Shown here: positions 45,240 through 54,701 of the stretch, piece after piece
Numbering within the stretch: position 1 is the first letter of the stretch
Layout of the letters: every line of letters begins with the position of its first letter
Source of the DNA: an uncultured Gammaproteobacteria bacterium
GTDB taxonomy: Bacteria; Patescibacteriota; Patescibacteriia; CAYHVQ01
DNA: 63,496 nucleotides
Direction: 5' to 3'
Assembly: GCA_964360435.1 (NCBI GenBank)
Contig: CAYHVQ010000001.1
Location: forward strand, 1-63,496
Position numbers and translations under genes: made by a program
The notes under the pieces: model-generated
What the model saw: only the letters and a program-made list of their open reading frames with translations
Told to the model about the DNA's origin: nothing
The model's database searches: none

Positions 45240-47033
45240 CTATTGATTTATTTTCCAGCGCCGATCTGTTTTGATGTACCATTCAGAGATGCTCGCAAAG
45301 CGATCGGCTGGCGAGGTGATGTAGGACGACCGAACGCCTTTGACGCGGCGGTCAACGGCGTAAACATACGTTGGGCTGTAGAGGAAGATTGCGGGAAATT
45401 CTTCTTCCGCAAGGATATTTTGAAAGGCAATATATTTTTTTCCGCGTTCGTTGTCATCCTTTTCTTTCCGCGCATCTTCCAGGAGCCGGTTGACGGTTTT
45501 GTTGAAGAAGATGGCAAGATTGAGACCGGGATCCACGGCTTGCGAGGAGTGCCAAAACGGATAGGGATCTGGATCGCTGCCGACAATTTGTCCAAAAACG
45601 AGCGCGTCATAGTTTCGGGGTTTGATGACATCGCGGAAGACATTGGCCTGATCCACAGTTTTGAGATCCACCCGAGCTCCGATTTTTTCCCAATCTTCCT
45701 TGAGGATTGTGACGGTTTTTTGCAATTCCGGCTGGGTGGATGTTGTGAGGGAAAAATTTAGCTCCACAGAATCTTTCCATCGTACGCCGTTTTTTTCAGG
45801 TTTCCAGCCGGCGGCGTCCAAGATCGTTTTTGCTTCTTCAATATTCAGGAGATATTTTTTTACATCGGAATGATAGCCGCTGTAGCCCGGAAGGATTGGT
45901 CCATGAATCACTTGACCCTCGCCGTTTAGCGCTTCTCGGATGATGCGTTCTTTGTCGGTTGCTTGAGTGAGCGCTTCTCGAATTTTAGCGCTTGCGAGGA
46001 TTTTGCTTTGGTTTTGATTAAAGAAAACGGCGGAGTATTGCGGAAGACTAAGGTTGTAGAAACGTAGGGTTTGATTATTTTTTTCCAGCTCGACTCGCGT
46101 CTGTTTCGGAATGAAGCTGATACCGTCCACGATTTTTTGTTCGGTTGCATTGATGGCGCCGTACAGGTCGCTGTAGAGCTGGAATGTCAGTTTTTCGATA
46201 TGCGGAACATCGCGGTAAAATCTCGCATTGCGAATGAGTCGGTAGGATCGGATGAATCCGTTATCTTCTTTAATCAGTTGATCAAATTGGTAGGAGCCGG
46301 TTCCAATCGGACGGATGTTGCGCTCATTGAGTTTTGCGGCATCGGGCGGGATGTCCTGCCATAAGTGTTTGGGAAGAATGCCGACCGTTAGACTGGAAAG
46401 AAAGGGTGTGAAGGCTTCCGGAAGAATAAATTGAATCGTCGCGGGATCTGTCACGTTGATCTGCGCGCCAGCGAAGCTCCCTCGGAGCGGGCTGGCGTAT
46501 GCGGGATTTTGAATCGCAAGGATCGTGAACGCCACGTCTTCCGCGGTGAAGGATTGCCCGTCATGAAACCGGACGTCATCGCGGAGGTGGAAGGTGTAGG
46601 TGAGCTGGTCTTCGCTGATTTCGTAACCTGTTGCAAGATCAGGAATGAGTTTTTGTTCTTTGTTCACGCGCAGAAGGCCGGTGTAAACCAGCTGGGTGAG
46701 ATCAAGATCCGTATCGGATGTGCTCGCATACAATGGATTGATAAATTGGGGCGCGCCAACAAGCGCTTCGGTGTATTCGCCACCGCTTGCTGGAATGGCG
46801 ATCGTATTTGCATGGTAGCCCCGGCCGAGCAGGATGCCTGCGCAAATCGCAATGGTGAAGATGAACGCAAGGAGTCGGCGAGATTCTTTAGGATCGAGGT
46901 AATGACGAAGAACCTTCCATTGCTTCCAGGAGGGAAAGGTGCTGTTTTTTTTGAGCGACACTGCCCACCGTTCGGCACGCTGATTTTGTTCCCTGCGATC
47001 TTCGGTTGTAACCGGAGGATGCGCTTCAGTCAT
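45240..47033 (-). CDS. ABC transporter substrate-binding protein (family 5, peptide/nickel type)
   Basis: N-terminal TM anchor, about 560-aa SBP_bac_5-like body. Confidence 0.7.
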   Translation of the reverse strand: MTEAHPPVTTEDRREQNQRAERWAVSLKKNSTFPSWKQWKVLRHYLDPKESRRLLAFIFTIAICAGILLGRGYHANTIAIPASGGEYTEALVGAPQFINPLYASTSDTDLDLTQLVYTGLLRVNKEQKLIPDLATGYEISEDQLTYTFHLRDDVRFHDGQSFTAEDVAFTILAIQNPAYASPLRGSFAGAQINVTDPATIQFILPEAFTPFLSSLTVGILPKHLWQDIPPDAAKLNERNIRPIGTGSYQFDQLIKEDNGFIRSYRLIRNARFYRDVPHIEKLTFQLYSDLYGAINATEQKIVDGISFIPKQTRVELEKNNQTLRFYNLSLPQYSAVFFNQNQSKILASAKIREALTQATDKERIIREALNGEGQVIHGPILPGYSGYHSDVKKYLLNIEEAKTILDAAGWKPEKNGVRWKDSVELNFSLTTSTQPELQKTVTILKEDWEKIGARVDLKTVDQANVFRDVIKPRNYDALVFGQIVGSDPDPYPFWHSSQAVDPGLNLAIFFNKTVNRLLEDARKEKDDNERGKKYIAFQNILAEEEFPAIFLYSPTYVYAVDRRVKGVRSSYITSPADRFASISEWYIKTDRRWKINQ

Positions 47034-47044
47034 GGATTAGGGTT

Positions 47045-47194
47045 CATCTCAAAAATAATCTTCTGCCCGACTGGGCGTCCTGCAGTCTGCAAATCTCCTC
47101 ATCGCTCGTCGCAATATTAGGAACATTCCTCCTCGCGTTTGGGGTTTCGGCTCGGCGGTCATCCCAACCGCTACAAAGCTGTTTTTGAGATGAC
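47045..47194. repeat. about 150-bp element with 12-nt terminal inverted repeats, copy 1
   Basis: catctcaaaaat...gtttttgagatg. Roughly 80-85% identical by eye to 62662-62813. Confidence 0.8.
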
Positions 47195-47196
47195 TT

Positions 47197-47415
47197 CTAG
47201 ATAAAGATACTGACGAGCGCGAGACCCACAAAGGCAACGCCAACGACTACGGTCGCCTGAAAAATGATCTTTTCTGCGCCGCGTCGCGTCCGGTATGCTC
47301 CACTCGAATCTCCGCCAAAAGCGGAACCAAGTCCTCCCTCGCGTTGTTGAAGAAGGACGAGAATGATCAGAAAAACCGATAAAACAATCTCAATAACCTG
47401 AAGGATTGTTTTCAT
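47197..47415 (-). CDS. secG: preprotein translocase subunit SecG
   Basis: 72 aa, two TM helices, LLQQREGGLGSAFGG motif. Confidence 0.8.
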   Translation of the reverse strand: MKTILQVIEIVLSVFLIILVLLQQREGGLGSAFGGDSSGAYRTRRGAEKIIFQATVVVGVAFVGLALVSIFI

Positions 47416-47616
47416 AATGCGTAATAAAGATTTTGAAAGTGCATCTACTCTACCACATCCTCAATCATGCGTCAAGAATCCAGGATGTTAAAATTTGCCG
47501 TTATTGTCCTGGGTAATTCTTATGTCGGGATGACATCGCGCTGGGTTTGTCGAAAAGCCGCTTGACATCCTATATACTATGTGATAAATAGTATTTAGTA
47601 AATCATTTTTAATTCG

Positions 47617-47958
47617 ATGATTATGAATTTTTCTCGGGAAATGCTTAAGGGCGCGGCCGAGGTCATTGTCCTCCATGCTCTTCAAGAGATGAAAACGTCT
47701 TACGGGTATCAGCTTCTTCGTTCCATTCGCGAAGAAAGTAAGGGAATTTTCGATTTCCAAGAAGGTACACTTTACCCCTTACTCTACCGGTTGGAAGAGC
47801 GTGGGTTGGTGACGAGTAAGGAGCAGGAGATGCCGAGCGGGAAAACGCGGCGTTACTATCGCCTAACATCGCAGGGTCGCAGGAGTTATGAACATCGGCG
47901 CACGGAGTATGTTTTGTTTTTTCAGGGGATGCGAAAAATTTTGGGATTCAGTCTATGA
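47617..47958 (+). CDS. PadR-family transcriptional regulator
   Basis: YGYQLLRSI..EGTLYPLLYRLEERGLV. Confidence 0.85.
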   Translation: MIMNFSREMLKGAAEVIVLHALQEMKTSYGYQLLRSIREESKGIFDFQEGTLYPLLYRLEERGLVTSKEQEMPSGKTRRYYRLTSQGRRSYEHRRTEYVLFFQGMRKILGFSL

Positions 47959-49577
47959 ACAAGCCATCATCTTTTTTTGAAAAGCTACAGTGTCAGTTGC
48001 CGAAAACCGCGTACACCGATCGTTACCTTCAGGAATTGGAGGATCACATTGAAGATGCGGTGGATGATGCGCGTTTGCAAGGAACCTCCGAGGATCAAGC
48101 GCAGACAGAGGCGTTTGAGCGCCTTGGCGATGCCAATGTTCTCCATGAGGCGTTTCGTCGAGCAGTAGTTCCTCCGCGGCTTTCGTTTGAATTGGATATT
48201 TTTTTGGTCAGCCTGTTTCTGATTCCGTTCTATGCCGTTGGCATTTGGATTGCGGCGCGGGAGGTTTCGGAAGTGATTGCGAGCAGAGGAGTGTTGGTGC
48301 CGAGTCTTGCAGAGTTGGTTTTTGAGGTTACGATTTTTTCCGGAGCAATATTTTTATTTTTTTGTTTGTACTATCTTTTTACACTTCCGCGGCTGTTGGC
48401 GTGGCCCGGACGGGCGGTTTCGTTATGGGGGCTGTTTGCGCGTTTGCAAGCCATTGTTTTTTTTGGCTTTGCACTCATTGGAGGGATTCTGTTTTCCGCG
48501 GGCGGAAGTTCGGAGTTGACGGTTGCGCAGATTCTCATGCTCGTGTATGTCTGGAGTCTTTCTGCCGCGGCATTTTTCGCAATCATCTATTTTCTCCACT
48601 GGCGATCTCGCCGAATGATCCAGCGCGGGATGACGAGGCTGTTTCAGCCGATGAGCTCGGGGTGGAAGAGCGCAGGGTTTTTCGCGGGTGCAGTCATTGC
48701 GGTGTTTGCCGTCGGCGGGGCGGTTGCGATGTGGTGGGTGGAGTCGCAAGGGGTGGGCATTGCCGTCAGCCCTCCAGCGATCGTTTCGGTATTTCTCTTC
48801 CGCGGTTTTTTCGATTTCGTTTTTCGCATCCTCTCGCTCATGTCCGTTTCTTGGCTCCCGCGCCATGTCTCCGTTTGGGCGCACGCCGCGCTCTTTGTCG
48901 GGATCATGGTATTGATTGCGACGAGCGTGATTTTGCATCTCTATCGTGCCGCTGGACGCCGCGTTCCGTGGATTCGTCTTGGGCTCGTGGTTTATCTTTT
49001 GACGTTTTTTACTCTGCCTACGGGCGTTCCGCATGTGGAATGGAGGGTGCCGGCTGTTGAACTTTCCCGCGTCATGGAGACCCAGCAGTTGGGGCCACTG
49101 TATCGTCTGGTGAAGGCGCTCAACCGGAACGAAAGCTGGATTTTTCACTATCAAATTTTAGAGCGCGATGGCGCGTTCGAGATCATTCAAAATACCGGCG
49201 GGATCTATCGCCTTTCCGAGATCCAATCCGTTTCAACCTATCGCATCCAACGTCGGAGCGTGGATGAAAAGATCGCCGGCGGCGCGCTGTTCGGTGATAT
49301 TCCCGAGGGTTTTCGCTGTGTGAACCGCACGGTTCCGGATCGGTTCTTTTTTCCGCCAGAACCCGTGCCGGGTGCCGAGCAGAATCTTATGGAAGCGGGA
49401 CAACGGGAATGTCACGAGTTGTGGTATCGCGACCAACAACTCTTTGAGCAAGATGACCCGCGAACGATTGAGGATATCGAGCTCTCGAGCGACGGCCGGT
49501 GGATGCTGTTGGTGATGTACACTGCCGGCGTGTACGAACCGAACACCGTGTTTCTTGTCGACCTCCGCTCCATCTGA
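47955..49577 (+). CDS. polytopic membrane protein with C-terminal soluble domain, coupled to PadR
   Basis: ATGA overlap with padR. N-terminal helical region as in PadR-associated anti-regulator-like proteins; 8 or more TM helices. Confidence 0.5.
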   Translation: MNKPSSFFEKLQCQLPKTAYTDRYLQELEDHIEDAVDDARLQGTSEDQAQTEAFERLGDANVLHEAFRRAVVPPRLSFELDIFLVSLFLIPFYAVGIWIAAREVSEVIASRGVLVPSLAELVFEVTIFSGAIFLFFCLYYLFTLPRLLAWPGRAVSLWGLFARLQAIVFFGFALIGGILFSAGGSSELTVAQILMLVYVWSLSAAAFFAIIYFLHWRSRRMIQRGMTRLFQPMSSGWKSAGFFAGAVIAVFAVGGAVAMWWVESQGVGIAVSPPAIVSVFLFRGFFDFVFRILSLMSVSWLPRHVSVWAHAALFVGIMVLIATSVILHLYRAAGRRVPWIRLGLVVYLLTFFTLPTGVPHVEWRVPAVELSRVMETQQLGPLYRLVKALNRNESWIFHYQILERDGAFEIIQNTGGIYRLSEIQSVSTYRIQRRSVDEKIAGGALFGDIPEGFRCVNRTVPDRFFFPPEPVPGAEQNLMEAGQRECHELWYRDQQLFEQDDPRTIEDIELSSDGRWMLLVMYTAGVYEPNTVFLVDLRSI

Positions 49578-49591
49578 TAAGATGAGGCGGC

Positions 49592-51745
49592 ATGACACCG
49601 GATCAACTTCTTCAATCTTTGAATGAGCAACAACAGAGGGCGGTTTTGGCAACCGACGGCCCGGTGTTGATTTTGGCTGGGGCGGGGTCGGGGAAAACTC
49701 GAACACTTGTCCATCGGATCGCGTATCTCATCGCGATAAAAAAAGCGCGGCCGCACGAACTCCTTGCGGTGACGTTCACAAATAAGGCGGCAAATGAGAT
49801 GAAGGCGCGAACGGCGAAACTCCTCGGCCGCCCGTGGAATGTTGGAAATCGTTGGGACGCGTTTTCGGCCACAGATCCGACCGTGGGAACCTTCCACGCG
49901 ATCTGCGCGCAGATCCTGCGTCAGGAAAGCGAGCGACTCGGCTTTAAAAAACATTTTGTTATTTACGATGACGATGACCAGACGAGTCTCATTCGAAAAA
50001 TTTTGCAATCCTTAAATTTCGACACAACGCGCGTGACTCCACAGGCCGTGGGGCATCTCATCTCGCAGGCGAAGAACGCGCTGCAAACGCCAGAGGATCT
50101 TTTGGGCTCGGCTTCGGGATATTTGGAAGAGATCGCCGTTCGAGTTTACGCCGAGTACCAAAGACAGCTCCACGAAAACCATGCGATGGACTTTAATGAT
50201 CTCATTGTGAATACCGTGCGGTTGTGGCAACAGGAGCCGGAAATTCTCAAGAAATATCAAACCCATTTTCCCTATCTCCTCATTGACGAATATCAGGACA
50301 CGAATCACGCGCAGTATGTATGGGCGTCGCTTCTGGCACAGGCGACGAAAAATATTTGCGTGGTGGGGGATGACGCGCAGGGAATCTATTCGTGGCGTGG
50401 CGCGAACATCCAAAATATTTTGGATTTTGAAAAAGACTACCCGCAAGCGACTGTGGTAAAGTTGGAGCAGAATTATCGCTCGACGCAAACGATTGTGGAG
50501 GCCAGTAATGCTATCATTCGGAAAAACGCGCGGCAAAAACCAAAAAAACTCTGGACAGAAAATCCCCACGGCAAAAAAATTTCCGTTTTTGAAGTCGCGG
50601 ATGAGCGGGCGGAGGGCGATTTGGTTGCGCGGATGATCTTAGGTTTTGAGCCGGAGACGCAAGAGGCCTCGGTCGAAGGAGAGCTGGTGTATGAGGCGGA
50701 AGAAGATGTGTCATCGAACGAACGGACATCGCTCTTAGATCGTGTGCTCGCATCCCATCGCGGCAACATGCTCGGGCGCGAAAAACGTCCGACGCCTGCA
50801 CTCGAACGAGCCATGGTCGAACGAGCGCGATCCGGCGATGTGCGCTATCAGGATTTTGTTGTGCTCTACCGGACAAATGCGCAGTCTCGAGCGATTGAAG
50901 AAGTCTTTTTGCGTACAAGCATCCCGTATATGATTATCGGCGGCGTCAAGTTTTATGAACGGAGGGAAGTCAAAGATCTCCTCGCCTACCTGCGAGCGCT
51001 TGCGCATCCGGAAGATGCGCTGGCCATCAAGCGGATCATCAATATTCCCGCGCGGAGTTTAGGGGAAAAATCCGTGGCGGTTTTGGAGTCCTTTGCTCAA
51101 GCCCGAGGGATGCATCTCTTGGATGCGGCAGCTCATGCGTCTGAGATTTCCCAGCTTGGTGCTCGGGCGCAAACTGCCCTGCAATCCTTTGCGCGCCTGA
51201 TCAGCGGTTTGGTGCAGGAAAGCGTGCGGCGTTCTCCTCGAGAGATCATGGATCTTGTCATGTCGCGAAGCGGATATCGGGAGATGCTGAACGACGGAAC
51301 TTCGGAAGGTGAGGCACGTCTGGAAAATATCGAAGAGTTGAAAACCGTGGCCACGGCGTTTGACGATGCATTGGGAGTGGAGGGGTTACAGCGATTTCTT
51401 GAGGAGGTTGCGTTGGTCTCGGACGTGGACACCATTGATGAAAACGCGCCGCATGTGACGCTAATGACGGTTCATGCCGCCAAAGGACTGGAATTTCCAA
51501 CCGTCTTTGTTGTGGGCATGGAGGAGGGGGTGTTTCCACACAGTCGGAGTATTTTTGAGCCGGGAGAAATGGAAGAAGAGCGGCGGCTGTGCTATGTCGC
51601 GTTTACGCGCGCCAAAGAGCGGTTGATCATTATTCATACCGCCCAGCGTCATTTGTACGGATCTACGCAAGTGAATATGCCTTCGCGTTTTTTAGACGAT
51701 CTTCCCGAGCGTCTTGTGGAGCGCCGCACAACCGCAGGAGTTTGA
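49592..51745 (+). CDS. uvrD: ATP-dependent DNA helicase UvrD/PcrA
   Basis: AGAGSGKT, DEYQDTN, VTLMTVHAAKGLEF, CYVAFTRAK. Confidence 0.9.
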   Translation: MTPDQLLQSLNEQQQRAVLATDGPVLILAGAGSGKTRTLVHRIAYLIAIKKARPHELLAVTFTNKAANEMKARTAKLLGRPWNVGNRWDAFSATDPTVGTFHAICAQILRQESERLGFKKHFVIYDDDDQTSLIRKILQSLNFDTTRVTPQAVGHLISQAKNALQTPEDLLGSASGYLEEIAVRVYAEYQRQLHENHAMDFNDLIVNTVRLWQQEPEILKKYQTHFPYLLIDEYQDTNHAQYVWASLLAQATKNICVVGDDAQGIYSWRGANIQNILDFEKDYPQATVVKLEQNYRSTQTIVEASNAIIRKNARQKPKKLWTENPHGKKISVFEVADERAEGDLVARMILGFEPETQEASVEGELVYEAEEDVSSNERTSLLDRVLASHRGNMLGREKRPTPALERAMVERARSGDVRYQDFVVLYRTNAQSRAIEEVFLRTSIPYMIIGGVKFYERREVKDLLAYLRALAHPEDALAIKRIINIPARSLGEKSVAVLESFAQARGMHLLDAAAHASEISQLGARAQTALQSFARLISGLVQESVRRSPREIMDLVMSRSGYREMLNDGTSEGEARLENIEELKTVATAFDDALGVEGLQRFLEEVALVSDVDTIDENAPHVTLMTVHAAKGLEFPTVFVVGMEEGVFPHSRSIFEPGEMEEERRLCYVAFTRAKERLIIIHTAQRHLYGSTQVNMPSRFLDDLPERLVERRTTAGV

Positions 51746-51801
51746 TAAAAATTTCGGAGGGTGATAGAATGATCTCGAAGAAAAAATAATAGGAGGATAT
51801 C

Positions 51802-52134
51802 ATGGCAACAAAACAAAAAACCAACACCATAGAGGGTGAGTCAGTCTTGGGTGCGGCGATCGTGTCCGTACCAAAGAAACGGAAACCTACGGCGCGGAGA
51901 AAACCTGCAGAGGCATTGAAGGTGAAGTCGACCCCGTCAACGCCTCGGCCAGTTCGCCATCAAAAGCGTTCTGTAAGGACGCCGAAGCGTCAGGAGATCG
52001 CCGAGGTTCGTACCGAACGTGAGGAGGTCGCGCATGTTGAAGCTGAAGGCGCGGCAATCCTCGTGCTCACGGTTGTTCTCCTTGCGATCCTTTTAATTGT
52101 CGGAGGATTTCTCTATCTTTCCTTCTCGTTATGA
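51802..52134 (+). CDS. small basic tail-anchored membrane protein
   Basis: AGGAGG SD; Lys/Arg/Pro-rich N-terminus; C-terminal TM helix. Confidence 0.35.
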   Translation: MATKQKTNTIEGESVLGAAIVSVPKKRKPTARRKPAEALKVKSTPSTPRPVRHQKRSVRTPKRQEIAEVRTEREEVAHVEAEGAAILVLTVVLLAILLIVGGFLYLSFSL

Positions 52135-52700
52135 AGCAGCAAAAATTACTCATGGGAATGGGGTTGGTACTCGTGTTTGGAGGACTGGTTGGGCTGATGG
52201 TCTGGAGCGCGATGGATCGTCAGGGAGGAGCGCCGAAGAGCGTTCGTGGCGTTGTGACGGTTCCAGAGAATACTTCCGTGGCTGAAAAAGCAGTTCCCAA
52301 GGCAACGCTCGAACTCTGTGAGAAGATTCAAGATCAAAAAGCAAAGGATCAATGTTTTTCGAGTTTAGCGGAAGTGTCAGGCGACAAGGCCGTCTGCGAA
52401 AAAATGACCGACCCCTTGGAAAGGGGTTCGTGTTTGACGAAGATCGCGGTTCGGAATCAGGATGTGGCGCTGTGTAATGAAGCAAAGATACCGACCGAGC
52501 GAGATCGGTGCGTAAAATCCGTTGCCGAGGGGACATTGAATGTCGCCATTTGCCAGCAGATTGCGGATCCGACCGCCAAGGATTCTTGCGTTTTTACGGT
52601 GGCGGCGCGGCGGCGGGATCCCTTGCAGTGCACGCAAATCCAAAATGAGGATCAAAAAGCGGCCTGTGAGCAGCTCCTCGGGAAGAAAGAGTCTAAATGA
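52131..52700 (+). CDS. membrane-anchored protein with five Cys-pair repeats
   Basis: N-terminal TM. Five repeats of about 24 aa of the form C..(I/M).D....(K/R)(D/G).C.....A. Confidence 0.45.
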   Translation: MKQQKLLMGMGLVLVFGGLVGLMVWSAMDRQGGAPKSVRGVVTVPENTSVAEKAVPKATLELCEKIQDQKAKDQCFSSLAEVSGDKAVCEKMTDPLERGSCLTKIAVRNQDVALCNEAKIPTERDRCVKSVAEGTLNVAICQQIADPTAKDSCVFTVAARRRDPLQCTQIQNEDQKAACEQLLGKKESK

Positions 52701-52753
52701 ATTTGATCGGGCATAAGGGATGTCCCCGAGAAGCTGATATGAACGCATTTAAT

Positions 52754-54601
52754 CTACAGATATTCTTTTAAGCGTTCGGCGGTTTTTTTGCCGACAACCT
52801 CGACAAGTTCTTCCTCTGAAGCGCGTTTGATTTGCGGAAGCGAGCCAAATCGGTCAAAAAGTTTTCGTCGAGTTTTTGACCCAATGCCGGGAATGTTGTC
52901 CAGTCGAGAGCCGACGAGCTTTTTCCCATGCGTTGCTCGGAAGAAGGTAATCGCAAACCGGTGAGCCTCATCGCGCATTCGCTGAACCAGGTACAGCGCT
53001 TCGGATGTCCGTGGCAAGAGCAAAGGTTCGGATGTGCCGACCTGGAAAAGCTCTTCTTGGCGTTTCGCAAGTGCGACGACAGGAAGATCGGGATGATAGT
53101 AGTGAATGATCGGCTCCACCGCATGGAGTTGACCTTTTCCGCCGTCTAAGATGATGAGATCAGGAATCGGCCACGCGTTTTTGTCCGCAACATCCTGCGC
53201 CTGTCTGCCGTGTTTTGCCAACCGGCGTTCCAATACTTCCTGAAGCATTGCGTAATCATTGGCGCCGAGCACGGTTTTGATGTGAAATTTTCGGTAGGCG
53301 TCTTTTTTTGGAAGTCCGTCTTCAAAGACAATCATGGATCCCACGGGCGAGGTTCCCTGAATATTTGAGATGTCGTACACTTCAATGCGTTTTGGCGGAA
53401 GGGGGAGCTGAAGCGCTTTCGCGAGTTCTGCAAGCGCTCGTTCGGCTTTTTGTTCATCCCGCTCGAATGCCGCGTGCTGATGGGCAAGAAATTCTTGCGC
53501 ATTGATGTTTCCAAGACAGAGAAGGTTTCGTTTGACGCCTCGGTGCGGAACAGTGAAATGGATCGGTGTCGAAGGAAGATGAGGCATTGCTATGTTGCGC
53601 CATGTTTGCACGGCGGAGGCAAGGGAAGGATCGTCGAGGGCAACGGGCGTCACAATTTCATGGGGGATGTCCGTGGCGGATGGATAGTATTGTTTCAGAA
53701 AACTGATGAGGAGCTCCTCATTGGACGAGCCTTGAACGTGCGTTAGCGTGAACACTTGTTTCGTGATGAGCTTCCCGTCTCGAATCATAAATAGGTTGAT
53801 CGCACCCAGCGGAGGGTCGAGAGCCAGACTTAAGACATCCATATTTTCCCGCCCGAGCGTTGGGAGCGCAGTTCGTATGCGTGTTACATGCTCGATGCTT
53901 CGAATTTGATCCCGAAGTCGCGCGGCGCGTTCGAATGCCTGCACCTGGACGGCCTGCTTCATTTGCACTTGGAGCTCCCAACACAAGGCGTCAGTTTTTC
54001 CTTCTAAGAACTCAATGGCTTGGTTCATGATGGCGCGGTAGTCGGCTTGCGAAATTTTTTGGATGCATGGGGCGGGACAGTGCTTGAGATGATATTCCAA
54101 GCAGGGACGCTTCGGCAAGACGTTGCAGATGCGATAAGGAAAAAGTTTTTTGAGCAGATGGAGCGTCTGTCGTACGGATCCGCTGGATGTATAGGGTCCA
54201 AAATATCGTGATCGGGGTGCACGATTTCGCTCGATCGCCGGACGACGCACCACAATAACACGAGGAAATTCCTCCTCGAGCGTCACTTTGATATAAACCC
54301 AACTTTTGTCGTCTTTGAGTTGGATATTAAACGGCGGTTCGTGCTTGCGGATTAAGGCAGATTCCAAAAGAAGCGCGTCGTGTTCTGTGGACACGCGGAT
54401 CGTTTCCAACGCGGATATTTTTTGGATCATGATTTGCTTTGGAGGTTCCAATTTTGCGTTGACCGCAAAATAGGATCGGACACGGGAGCGCAGGCTTTTT
54501 GCTTTACCGATATACAAAATATTTCCGTCACGGTCTTTAAAGAGATAGCATCCGGGTTTTGGCGGAAGGGTCTTCAGTTGTTCGGCAAGCATCGATGTCA
54601 T
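52754..54601 (-). CDS. uvrC: excinuclease ABC subunit C
   Basis: GIY-YIG N-terminus (GCYLFKD..ILYIGKAKSLRSR), UvrBC domain, C-terminal (HhH)2. Confidence 0.9.
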   Translation of the reverse strand: MTSMLAEQLKTLPPKPGCYLFKDRDGNILYIGKAKSLRSRVRSYFAVNAKLEPPKQIMIQKISALETIRVSTEHDALLLESALIRKHEPPFNIQLKDDKSWVYIKVTLEEEFPRVIVVRRPAIERNRAPRSRYFGPYTSSGSVRQTLHLLKKLFPYRICNVLPKRPCLEYHLKHCPAPCIQKISQADYRAIMNQAIEFLEGKTDALCWELQVQMKQAVQVQAFERAARLRDQIRSIEHVTRIRTALPTLGRENMDVLSLALDPPLGAINLFMIRDGKLITKQVFTLTHVQGSSNEELLISFLKQYYPSATDIPHEIVTPVALDDPSLASAVQTWRNIAMPHLPSTPIHFTVPHRGVKRNLLCLGNINAQEFLAHQHAAFERDEQKAERALAELAKALQLPLPPKRIEVYDISNIQGTSPVGSMIVFEDGLPKKDAYRKFHIKTVLGANDYAMLQEVLERRLAKHGRQAQDVADKNAWPIPDLIILDGGKGQLHAVEPIIHYYHPDLPVVALAKRQEELFQVGTSEPLLLPRTSEALYLVQRMRDEAHRFAITFFRATHGKKLVGSRLDNIPGIGSKTRRKLFDRFGSLPQIKRASEEELVEVVGKKTAERLKEYL

Positions 54602-54646
54602 AAGGGCATGGTAGAAAGATTGCGCAGAAATGTCAAAGATGACATG

Positions 54647-54700
54647 ATTACAACACTTTCATATCAGAAAGGAAACCCCATCTTGAGAGACTAAGTCTCC
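54647..54700 (+). promoter_or_regulatory. about 54-bp conserved upstream motif, copy 1
   Basis: attacaacactttcatatcagaaaggaaaccccatcttgagagactaagtctcc, with the dyad gagac-taa-gtctc. About 80% identical to 61041-61094. A TTGACG hexamer lies 9 nt downstream. Confidence 0.4.
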
Positions 54701-54701
54701 A

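Noticed and set aside
46431-47120. Conserved peptide ..ISKI(I/L)FCP(T/V)GRPA(V/A)CK.PHRSS.. shared by track ORFs 46431-47120(+) and 62570-62812(+).
   Set aside because: The similarity is confined to the 150-bp inverted-repeat element. The remainder of both ORFs is antisense or intergenic, so this is a repeat artefact rather than a protein family.
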